Below, in pieces: positions 1 to 7,944 of a DNA stretch of 64,000 bases (position 1 is its first letter; the number at the start of each line of letters is the position of its first letter). The position numbers were made by a program, and so were the translations under genes. The DNA lies in contig BEIL01000002.1 of assembly GCA_002898235.1 (NCBI GenBank), positions 51,264-115,263 on the forward strand, read 5' to 3'. The notes under the pieces are model-generated. The model was not told the DNA's origin and ran no database searches. It saw nothing but the letters and a program-made list of their open reading frames with translations. The DNA comes from a bacterium HR35. GTDB taxonomy: Bacteria; Patescibacteriota; Minisyncoccia; UBA6257; HR35.

Positions 1-399
1 TATTTGAATATTCTTTAAAAGAGGCAGTCTGATCAAAAACAAGCCTAAAGTTAAAACTAAGAACAATAAAGAAAGAGAATTTAAGGTTAAAAATTCAGCT
101 AAAGATGGCAGTAAAGGAAAGATAAAAGAAGCAATTTCAAAAATTAGATTAAACCAAAGATTAAATAAGGTAAAGAATAAATGAAGATAATTTTCTAAAC
201 CTAATAATAGATAAAGAACGAAAATTAAAACTAAAATATCTTTTTTATTTAAAAAATAATTTTTTCCTTTTAAAGAAAAATAGTCAGCTAAAACCCGAGG
301 GAAAAGCCAGTTTTTTATTTGAAAAAGTCGAAAGATAGGTAATCCGCTTAAGAAAAAGCCAAACAAAGTTAAAACTAAACTTAAATTAATTGTTTCCAT
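1..399 (-). CDS. membrane protein, N-terminal ~130 aa only (gene runs off window start)
   Basis: Minus-strand ATG at 397-399; translation METINLSLVLTLFGFFLSGLPIF... is hydrophobic and TM-rich with no stop before the window edge. Not in the ORF track because it is incomplete. Confidence 0.35.
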   Translation of the reverse strand, partial: METINLSLVLTLFGFFLSGLPIFRLFQIKNWLFPRVLADYFSLKGKNYFLNKKDILVLIFVLYLLLGLENYLHLFFTLFNLWFNLIFEIASFIFPLLPSLAEFLTLNSLSLLFLVLTLGLFLIRLPLLKNIQI

Positions 400-1111
400 T
401 TTCTAAAATAATTTTACTTAAAATTTTGGCAAAATTTTCTGGTTCTTCTTTATGATAACTATGCCCGCCATCTAAAATTATTAGTTCAGCATCGGGCATG
501 ATTTTTTTTAAAAAATAACCATGTTTTAAAGGAGTAATTTTGTCTTTCTTTCCCCAAAGAAGATAGGTTTTGTTTTTAACCATTTTAGCCTCTTCCCTTA
601 GATCTTTTCTAATATTAGCTAAAGTTTTTCTTAAATTTTCATCAGCTAAAAAATAATCATAACTTTTAATAATAAATTTATAAAAAGCTTTTTTAATTAA
701 AAAGACAAAATTTTTTGGCAAGAACAAAAAAATTGGTTTAACTATTTTACTTAAGAAATTAAAAATTTTAATTTTAAAAGTATTTGGTCTTAAGATAGCT
801 GGATTGTATAAAATTAATTTTTCTACTTGCTGAGGATGTTTGAGGGTATAAAGCAAGGCTAAGGCTCCTCCAAAAGAATGTCCTAAAAGAATAAATTTTT
901 CGATTTTTCTTAAATGGAGCTCTTTATTTAAATGCTCTTCTAAAAATTCTAAATAATCTTCTAAAGTATAAGGTCGATTTAAAGGAACTTCGCCAAATCC
1001 TGGTAAATCAAAAATAATCGGCTCAATGCTTTTATCTAAAAATTCTAAAACAGGCAAAAAACTTTTGGAACTACTACCCCAACCATGAAGCATCACTAAG
1101 GTTTTTTTCAT
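386..1111 (-). CDS. alpha/beta-fold hydrolase (esterase/BioH-MenH-like)
   Basis: HGWGSS oxyanion region, nucleophile elbow GHSFGG, C-terminal DGGH; 241 aa. Confidence 0.7.
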   Translation of the reverse strand: MKKTLVMLHGWGSSSKSFLPVLEFLDKSIEPIIFDLPGFGEVPLNRPYTLEDYLEFLEEHLNKELHLRKIEKFILLGHSFGGALALLYTLKHPQQVEKLILYNPAILRPNTFKIKIFNFLSKIVKPIFLFLPKNFVFLIKKAFYKFIIKSYDYFLADENLRKTLANIRKDLREEAKMVKNKTYLLWGKKDKITPLKHGYFLKKIMPDAELIILDGGHSYHKEEPENFAKILSKIILENGNN

Positions 1112-1127
1112 CGTTTATAATTTTCTT

Positions 1128-3221
1128 ATGAAACTTGAAGAATTAGAAATTCCTATAAGAGAATTAAAAATAATTTCGTCCAAAGTTGCTTCAAAACTAG
1201 AAAAAAAGAAAATAAAAACAGTTAAGGACCTTCTTTTTTATTTTCCCTTTAATTATTTAGATTTTACTAAAATTAAAAAAATAAAAGAAATTAAAATTGA
1301 AGAAAAAGCTTTGATTAGTGGAAAAATTACTGATGTCCAAACATTTCTTTCACCCAAAAATAAAGTTTTTATTCTCCAAGCAACTTTAAGTGATGAAACT
1401 GGTTCAGTGAGGGTTATTTGGTTTAATCAACCTTATTTAGCTAAACAAATTAAGAGAGAAAAAAAACTTTTGGTTTTTGGCAAATTGACAAAGTCTTCAA
1501 GTCATCTCTACTTTCAGCCGATAAAATTTCATTTCTTAGAAGATGAAGGGGAAGAAATTTTTTTTCAAAAAATTGTTCCTGTTTATGAAGAAATTCAAGG
1601 CTTAAAAAGTAAATATTTAGAAAGACTCATCAATTATCTTTTTAACACTTATGAAATAGAAAACTTAGAAGACCCTTTACCTGAAATTATTTTGAAAGAA
1701 AAGAACTTCCCCTCTTTAGGTTCAGCTCTTAAAGAGATCCATCAGCCTTCAAGTTTTGAAAATTTAGAAAGAGCTAAAAAAAGACTTATTTTTGAAGAAC
1801 TTCTTTATATAGAATTAGCTCTTCTTTTGGAAAGACAAGATTTATCTCAAAATCAAGCCCCAATAATTTTAAAAGATAAAAGTTTAATCCAAGAATTTAT
1901 GAAACAATTTCCTTTTGATTTAACTCCAGGTCAAAAAAGAGTTTTAGATGAAATTTTTGCTGATTTTGAAAAAGGCAAACCAGCTAATCGCTTAATCCAA
2001 GGAGAAACTGGAGCAGGTAAGACTTTAGTTATTGAAATTGTTGCTCTTCATTTCCTTCACAATGGTTATCAAGTGGTTTTTATGGCACCAACTGAAATTT
2101 TAGCTCAACAACATTTTCAAAGATGCTTAACTCATTTTGCTTCTTATGATTTCGGCTTGGGCTTAATTACTTCAGGTCAAACTTATTTTGGTTTAAAAGG
2201 TTATCGAGTTTCAAAATCAATTTATGAACTTTTACGACTAATAGCTCAAGGAAGAATAAGTTTTTTGATAGGTACTCATGCTTTAATCGAAAATGAACTT
2301 CAATTTAAAAATGTTGGCTTAATTGTCATTGATGAACAACAGCGTTTTGGAGTAAGACAAAGACAAAAACTTTTAGAAAACACCAATCAAAATTTTTTGC
2401 CTCATTTTCTTTCAATTACCGCTACCCCTATCCCTCGAAGTTTAGCTTTGGCTCTTTATGGTGATTTAGATTTTTCCTATTTAGAAGATAAACCCCATGG
2501 CGTTAAAGAAGTAAAAACCTTTTTAATTCTCAATAAAGAAAAGGCAAAGTTAATGTATAAACTTTGTTTTCATGAGCTTCAAGAGGGCCATCAAATTTTT
2601 ATTATTTGCCCTAGAGTTGAAGATAAAGAAGATGAAAAAGCTTCAGTTAAAAAAGAATTCGAATTAGCTAAAAAAATTTTTAAAGACTATCAAGTTGCTT
2701 ATCTTTATGGCAAAATGTCTTCTTTTGAGAAAGAATCAATATTAAAAAAAATGCAAAGAAATGAAATTCAAGTTTTAGTTAGTTCTTCGGTTGTTGAAGT
2801 TGGTATTGATTTACCTTTAGCGACCGTCATTATAATCAAATCGCCAGAAAACTTTGGTTTGGCTCAACTTTATCAACTTCGCGGTCGTGTTGGTCGAAGT
2901 GTTCATCAAGGTTATTGTTTTTTAGTTCCTTCAAAATTAACCGAAAAAGCAAAATTAAGATTAAAATATTTTCTTCAAGCCAAATCAGCATTAGAACTTT
3001 CTGAATATGACCTTAAAATAAGAGGAGCCGGAGATTTTTTAGGCGAGAGACAAGCAGGTTTGCCTGATTTAGTAATGGAACATCTTAAGGATTTAAAATT
3101 AACTGCTGAAGTAAAAAAAACAGCGGAGAAAATATTAAATTTTTCTCAAGATTTAGCTCATTTCCCTAATTTAAAAAAGGAAGTTCTTAAAAGAAAAAAA
3201 GAGCTTTTAACTTTAGCCTAA
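1128..3221 (+). CDS. recG: ATP-dependent DNA helicase RecG
   Basis: Walker A GETGAGKT, DEQQ box (VIDEQQRFGV), helicase motif VI QLRGRVGRS; 697 aa with N-terminal wedge-like region. Confidence 0.85.
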   Translation: MKLEELEIPIRELKIISSKVASKLEKKKIKTVKDLLFYFPFNYLDFTKIKKIKEIKIEEKALISGKITDVQTFLSPKNKVFILQATLSDETGSVRVIWFNQPYLAKQIKREKKLLVFGKLTKSSSHLYFQPIKFHFLEDEGEEIFFQKIVPVYEEIQGLKSKYLERLINYLFNTYEIENLEDPLPEIILKEKNFPSLGSALKEIHQPSSFENLERAKKRLIFEELLYIELALLLERQDLSQNQAPIILKDKSLIQEFMKQFPFDLTPGQKRVLDEIFADFEKGKPANRLIQGETGAGKTLVIEIVALHFLHNGYQVVFMAPTEILAQQHFQRCLTHFASYDFGLGLITSGQTYFGLKGYRVSKSIYELLRLIAQGRISFLIGTHALIENELQFKNVGLIVIDEQQRFGVRQRQKLLENTNQNFLPHFLSITATPIPRSLALALYGDLDFSYLEDKPHGVKEVKTFLILNKEKAKLMYKLCFHELQEGHQIFIICPRVEDKEDEKASVKKEFELAKKIFKDYQVAYLYGKMSSFEKESILKKMQRNEIQVLVSSSVVEVGIDLPLATVIIIKSPENFGLAQLYQLRGRVGRSVHQGYCFLVPSKLTEKAKLRLKYFLQAKSALELSEYDLKIRGAGDFLGERQAGLPDLVMEHLKDLKLTAEVKKTAEKILNFSQDLAHFPNLKKEVLKRKKELLTLA

Positions 3222-3311
3222 TTTTCCACATTTTTAATTGATTTTTAAAAAAACCTTATTTAAAATTAAAAATTACTAGGGCGAAAAATTAACAAAAAAT
3301 TAACATTTTGC

Positions 3312-3340
3312 TTGACTTTTTTGAAATTGTAGGTTATAAA
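3312..3340 (+). promoter_or_regulatory. sigma70-like promoter (TTGACT, 17-bp spacer, TATAAA) upstream of surface-protein gene
   Basis: ttgact 3312-3317, tataaa 3335-3340, read directly from the sequence. Confidence 0.4.
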
Positions 3341-3394
3341 AATTTATATAAAAGGTCGTTAATTAAATCGGAAACACTAAATTAACAAATAAAA

Positions 3395-3436
3395 TTTCCT
3401 TCTGCCTTGGGGAAATTAATGAAGGTAGAAGGAAAT
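3395..3436 (+). promoter_or_regulatory. 5'-UTR hairpin (about 11-bp stem, 18-nt loop) just upstream of the start codon at 3454
   Basis: tttccttctgcc (3395-3406) pairs with ggtagaaggaaa (3425-3436) with one mismatch; no U-tract follows, so not a terminator. Confidence 0.3.
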
Positions 3437-3453
3437 AAATAAAAATTAAAACA

Positions 3454-5289
3454 ATGAAAAAACTCTCTTTATTTTTAGGTCTCTCACTTTTAGCTTTTTC
3501 TTTCTTTCCTGGTTTTGCTACTAAAGCACAAACTTGCAATCCCGATGCTTTAGTTCCAGTTGCTTATGGCCAAAGAGGAGAAGCTGTTAGAAATGCTCAG
3601 GCTTGTTTAATGGAAGCTGGTTATGATATTCCAGCTGGAGCAACTGGTTATTATGGTTCTCAAACAAAAGCAGCTGTCAAAGCTTTTTATGCTGATTGGT
3701 ATGGAAATTGGGATGGAAGCAGATTGGGTCCTCAAGGAGTTCAACATCTTAAATCAGTTTTAGCAGGAGCTCCTTCTCAACCTTCTCAACCATCCCAACC
3801 ATCTCAACCATCTCAGCAAGATCAAACAGCTGCTCTCGTTGCTGCTGTTTTAGCTGCCCTTCAGCAAATGGGACTTCTTCCTTCAACTTCTACACAACAA
3901 CAAGCTTCTAAAGAGGAAGGCTTCTTGAGAGCAGAAAAAGATCCAACGGTTGCTGCTCCAGTTTTAAGAGAAGGTGAGAGTGGAAGAGTTGCTGGCTTTA
4001 GATTTAGAGCTGATAATGGAGCAGTTACTGTCCAATCCATCTTTTTGAGATGGGGAGGTTCAGTAGCTCCATATCGAGCTATTTCTGCTCTTAAGGTTGT
4101 TGACTCTTCTGGAAATACTCTTTATCAAACTCAAGTTGGTCCTTCAACTTTCCTTCAAGATTCTTCTCTTAATTACTACTTACCTATCACTGGTTTAAAT
4201 GTTCAAGTTCCTAAAAATGGCTACACCTCTGTTTTTGTTGAAGTAACAGTTGTGGGTACTCTTCCAAGCTCCGTTTCTTCAGGTCAATTCTATGTTAATC
4301 AAAATGATGTAAGAGGAGTTGATGGTGCTGGAGTTAATAGATTTGCTCCAGATAGCCCATTAACTTGGAATTTCTCTCTTCAACCATCACTTGCTGGCAA
4401 TGCTAGATTTGTTCTTTCTCTTAATCCCAATACACCAAAACAAGGATATGTTTTTGGCGATCCAGTCGATGGAAAAGCTTATCGAGTAAAAGTTCTCTCT
4501 TTCGATCTTCAAGCTAAAAACGATAACCTAAGAGTTACTCGAGTTGAAGGTAGCGTTACAAATACTTCAACTGTAAATGCAGTTTATCTTGCTCAAGGTT
4601 CTAACGTTATGGATGTTAGAACACCTTCTGCTACCGGAACTTTTGTTTTTGATATCACTCCGTCTAATTTTGTAGTTAATCGAGACCAATCAGTAACCCT
4701 TGATGTTTTAGTTGATTTCACTGCTAATGCTGCTCCAAGCGTAGCTACCCTTACAGTCTCTGTAGCCACAACCTCTGGCGTTAATAGCCTTGGCGATAAT
4801 GTTCAAACTACTTCAACAGTTGTTACTTCTGAACTTTTGAGAGCAGTAAGACTTGGTCCTCGATTTGCAGCAGTTGAAAAAACAATATCTGTAACTCGAG
4901 ATCAAAATAATAGCACCACAACTGTTCAATCTGTTGTCTTTAGAATCAATGTTACAGCCGTAGGTGGAACTTTATATGTTCCAGTTTCTAATACAGCTAC
5001 TATTACTCTAGAAACTGCTTCTGGAACCACTTCTGAAGTTAATGTTTCACCAACAACTGTAAGAGTTGGTTCTACAGTTGTTAGCCCTTCTGGTAGCTAT
5101 TACACTGTTCCTGAGGGTTCCACCTATGAGTTTGAATTTAGAACTTCAGGACAAACATTTACTGGTGCTCAATCTGTAAGAGCTCGCTTCTCATCTTTCG
5201 CTTTTGATAATGATAATTCTGGCAGCGTAATGGATACCGCTTCATTCCTTAATGATCTTCCTGAATTCTGGACAAATTGGAGCAACTAA
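3454..5289 (+). CDS. secreted surface protein: signal peptide, PG_binding_1-like domain, (PSQ)5 linker, long S/T/V/N-rich beta-type region
   Basis: N-terminal MKKLSLFLGLSLLAFSFFPGFATKA signal; GQRGEAVRNAQACLMEAGYD...GYYGSQTKAAVKAF matches the peptidoglycan-binding domain consensus; PSQPSQPSQPSQPSQ repeat; GC and codon usage clearly higher than flanking genes. Confidence 0.6.
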   Translation: MKKLSLFLGLSLLAFSFFPGFATKAQTCNPDALVPVAYGQRGEAVRNAQACLMEAGYDIPAGATGYYGSQTKAAVKAFYADWYGNWDGSRLGPQGVQHLKSVLAGAPSQPSQPSQPSQPSQQDQTAALVAAVLAALQQMGLLPSTSTQQQASKEEGFLRAEKDPTVAAPVLREGESGRVAGFRFRADNGAVTVQSIFLRWGGSVAPYRAISALKVVDSSGNTLYQTQVGPSTFLQDSSLNYYLPITGLNVQVPKNGYTSVFVEVTVVGTLPSSVSSGQFYVNQNDVRGVDGAGVNRFAPDSPLTWNFSLQPSLAGNARFVLSLNPNTPKQGYVFGDPVDGKAYRVKVLSFDLQAKNDNLRVTRVEGSVTNTSTVNAVYLAQGSNVMDVRTPSATGTFVFDITPSNFVVNRDQSVTLDVLVDFTANAAPSVATLTVSVATTSGVNSLGDNVQTTSTVVTSELLRAVRLGPRFAAVEKTISVTRDQNNSTTTVQSVVFRINVTAVGGTLYVPVSNTATITLETASGTTSEVNVSPTTVRVGSTVVSPSGSYYTVPEGSTYEFEFRTSGQTFTGAQSVRARFSSFAFDNDNSGSVMDTASFLNDLPEFWTNWSN

Positions 5290-5318
5290 AGGTTTTATTT
5301 TTCTTTTTTAGCACCCAT

Positions 5319-5350
5319 AGCCCCTGCATCCAGCAGGGGCTATTTTTTTA
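5319..5350 (+). terminator. rho-independent terminator of the surface-protein gene
   Basis: agcccctgc/atcca/gcaggggct GC-rich hairpin followed by a T8 tract. Confidence 0.75.
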
Positions 5351-5429
5351 TGATAAAAATTTTTAATTTATAATTAACTTATGAAAGAAATAGAATTTTT
5401 AAAGAAAAAGGCACAAAAATTTTATAGAA

Positions 5430-5591
5430 ATGCAAAACAATAATCAATCACAAAAAAGCTTGACATCGATTAGAAAAAAGATAGTTGAAGAAAAAAGAAA
5501 ATATTTTGAAAATTATCTTGAATATGCGAGGAAAATAAAAGAAAAAGCAATTGAAGTTTTAGGTGAAGCAAGAGTTTTAGTTTTTGGTTGA
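5430..5591 (+). pseudogene. truncated nucleotidyltransferase (Pol-beta/MNT-like) remnant
   Basis: 53-aa ORF ...LEYARKIKEKAIEVLGEARVLVFG* stops right at the conserved G[SG]..D motif region of minimal nucleotidyltransferases. Confidence 0.3.
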
Positions 5592-5676
5592 GAAGAATTT
5601 CAAAACTGGTGGCAAAAATTTATAAAATCTGATTATCTTGAAGTATAATTAAAATTAGAAGCTAATAAGCTATTCT

Positions 5677-5749
5677 GCGGCGGTAGTTCAGCTGGTAGAA
5701 CGCCTCCCTTCCAAGGAGGAGGTCGCGGGTTCAAATCCCGTCCGCCGCT
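5677..5749 (+). tRNA. tRNA-Gly (anticodon TCC)
   Basis: 73-nt cloverleaf folded by hand: acceptor GCGGCGG/CCGCCGC, D-stem GTTC/GAAC, anticodon stem CCTCC/GGAGG with loop CTTCCAA, T-arm GCGGG-TTCAAAT-CCCGT, discriminator T, no encoded CCA. Confidence 0.9.
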
Positions 5750-5773
5750 CAAATTTTTTTAGATTTTAATTCA

Positions 5774-7873
5774 ATGTTAGTTCAAGATTTTAAAAACATT
5801 CTCCTTTTTTTAATCTTTCTAATTCCTTTTACTTTGCTTATTTTTGATCCAGCAGTTCTTTTTCCTTATATTACGACCAAGGCTTTAATTTTTAGAGTTT
5901 TAGTTACTCTTTCTTTACCTTTTCTTTTTTATATTCTCCTTTTAGACAAAAAACCATTTCAAAAAATTAAAAATTATCTTCTTTTAGCTTGTTTTTTCTA
6001 TTTTCTTGTTTATTCTCTTTCTGGCTTTTTAGGACTTAATCCTTATCGTTCTTTTTGGGGTAATGCTGAAAGAATGGAAGGAATTTGGTCTTTATTTTTC
6101 TATTTTCTTTATTTTTTTATTTTGTACCTTCTTTTCTCTTATGACCCAAAACTTAAAAAAACAATTTTTTGGTCTTTCGCTTTAGTCTCTTTTTTGATAA
6201 GCATTTTAGAAATTTATCAATATTTTACCTTGGGAGCTTTAAGGCCATCAGCTACTTTAGGTAATCCTACTTATATTGGTTTTTTTAATCTTTTAATGTT
6301 CTTTCTTTTACTTTATTTTTATTTTGAAACAAAAGATAAACTTGAAAAACCAATTTTTATTTTTTTGGCTCTTTTAAATCTTTTTTCTCTTTTTACTTCA
6401 GAAACTCGAGGAAGCATTTTGGGGCTCTTAGCTGGTCTTTTTATTTTTGGTTTTTATTATGCCATTTTTTCACAAAAAGAACTTAAAAACAGGATTAAAA
6501 TCATATCTTTATTCTTAGTTGCTATCATAGCTTTTGTTTTAATACTTTTAAGTCCAATTTCTGCTTTTCTTCCAGGAATTAATCGACTTAGTGAAACTTT
6601 AAGAAACCCAGTTTCTGTTTTTCCTCGATTGTTTGCTTGGAAAATCTTTTTTGATGGCTTTAAGTCCAGTCCATTAATTGGTTACGGTCCAGAAACAGAA
6701 CCAATTGTTTTTTTTAAGTTTTTCGACCCAAAAATTTACGAATATGAAGCGGCTATTTTTGATCGTCCCCATAATAAATTTGTTCAAATTTTAGTTAATT
6801 CAGGAATTTTAGGAATGATTAGTTGGCTTTCAATTTTTATTGCTTTTTTTTATTATCTTTTTCAAAACAAAGAAATGAATTCTCTTCAAAAAGCTTCTCT
6901 TTCAGGATTTATTTTTGCTTATCTAGTTCAAAACTTTTCTTTATTTGATATGCAAGCAAGCTATTTAGTTTTTTTCTTTGGCTTAAGTTTAGTTATTCCT
7001 AAATTAGAATTTAAGTTTGATGAAGAAAAATTTATTCGGCCTTATTTAATTTTAGTTGGTGGTTTAAGTTTAATCTTTTTAACTTTTCATTTTAGTCACT
7101 ATTACATTCTTTCCTCTTTGATTAAAACAAGTAAAATGACAGATTATAATAAAGCTGCCGAAGAATTTGAAAGACTTTCAGAAATTGCTGGACCATTTTT
7201 AACCGAGGAAGCTATTCATCTAGTCCATCCTTATTTTTTTAAAGTAATTGAAAGTGGAGATAAATCAGCTTTAGAAGCAATTTTCCGTCTTTACGAAGTA
7301 ATTAAAAAAGCCTATAAAAAAGAACCTCTTGATCAACGATTGATAACCAAATCTTCTTCTCTTGATTTATATTTAGCCAATTTATTTTTAGTTAATAATT
7401 TACCCAAATATAATGACTATTTAACTAGTTTTCAAGAAACCATAGAAAAATCGATTGAATTTTACCCAAAAAATTACGAATTAATTATTTTTTATGCCCA
7501 AAACCTTGTTTTTTTAGAAAAAAACTATCCAAAGAAATTTAATTTTAAAGATAAGGTAATAAATCTTGTAGTTTCTCGAGAAAAATATTTTGAAAATTTC
7601 CCTCCTTATTTTTTAAATGAAGCAAAAATTATTTCCTTTTATGACAAAGATTTAGCTAAAGAAAAATTAAAGTTAGCTATCAAAAAAGGCTTAAATTTAA
7701 AAAAGGAACAATATGTTTCAACTATTTTAGATGTTTTGTCAGAAATAAAGGATAAAGAAATTTTAATTCAAGTTGTTAAAATTGTGGAAAAAGAAAAATT
7801 TTCAACTCAAACTCAAGAAAAAATTGAAAAAATTAAACTTGAATTTCTTTCAACTAGCACTCTCCACAATTAA
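5774..7873 (+). CDS. Wzy_C / O-antigen ligase family polytopic membrane protein with ~280-aa C-terminal soluble helical-repeat domain (possible O-oligosaccharyltransferase)
   Basis: About 12 predicted TM helices; periplasmic-loop motif DRPHNKFVQILVNSGILGMISW resembles the Wzy_C/WaaL/PglL signature (HN.YLQ.L.E.GIIG). Confidence 0.55.
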   Translation: MLVQDFKNILLFLIFLIPFTLLIFDPAVLFPYITTKALIFRVLVTLSLPFLFYILLLDKKPFQKIKNYLLLACFFYFLVYSLSGFLGLNPYRSFWGNAERMEGIWSLFFYFLYFFILYLLFSYDPKLKKTIFWSFALVSFLISILEIYQYFTLGALRPSATLGNPTYIGFFNLLMFFLLLYFYFETKDKLEKPIFIFLALLNLFSLFTSETRGSILGLLAGLFIFGFYYAIFSQKELKNRIKIISLFLVAIIAFVLILLSPISAFLPGINRLSETLRNPVSVFPRLFAWKIFFDGFKSSPLIGYGPETEPIVFFKFFDPKIYEYEAAIFDRPHNKFVQILVNSGILGMISWLSIFIAFFYYLFQNKEMNSLQKASLSGFIFAYLVQNFSLFDMQASYLVFFFGLSLVIPKLEFKFDEEKFIRPYLILVGGLSLIFLTFHFSHYYILSSLIKTSKMTDYNKAAEEFERLSEIAGPFLTEEAIHLVHPYFFKVIESGDKSALEAIFRLYEVIKKAYKKEPLDQRLITKSSSLDLYLANLFLVNNLPKYNDYLTSFQETIEKSIEFYPKNYELIIFYAQNLVFLEKNYPKKFNFKDKVINLVVSREKYFENFPPYFLNEAKIISFYDKDLAKEKLKLAIKKGLNLKKEQYVSTILDVLSEIKDKEILIQVVKIVEKEKFSTQTQEKIEKIKLEFLSTSTLHN

Positions 7874-7944
7874 CATCCTTGACTTTAAAAAAATTTTTTT
7901 TAATAATGGAAGTACAAAAAAATTAAAAATCTATTGTTTTAAAA

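Noticed and set aside
7874-7944. Cobalamin riboswitch upstream of the B12-dependent nrdJ
   Set aside because: Only ~70 nt of AT-rich spacer with no B12-box-like motif; too short for the aptamer.
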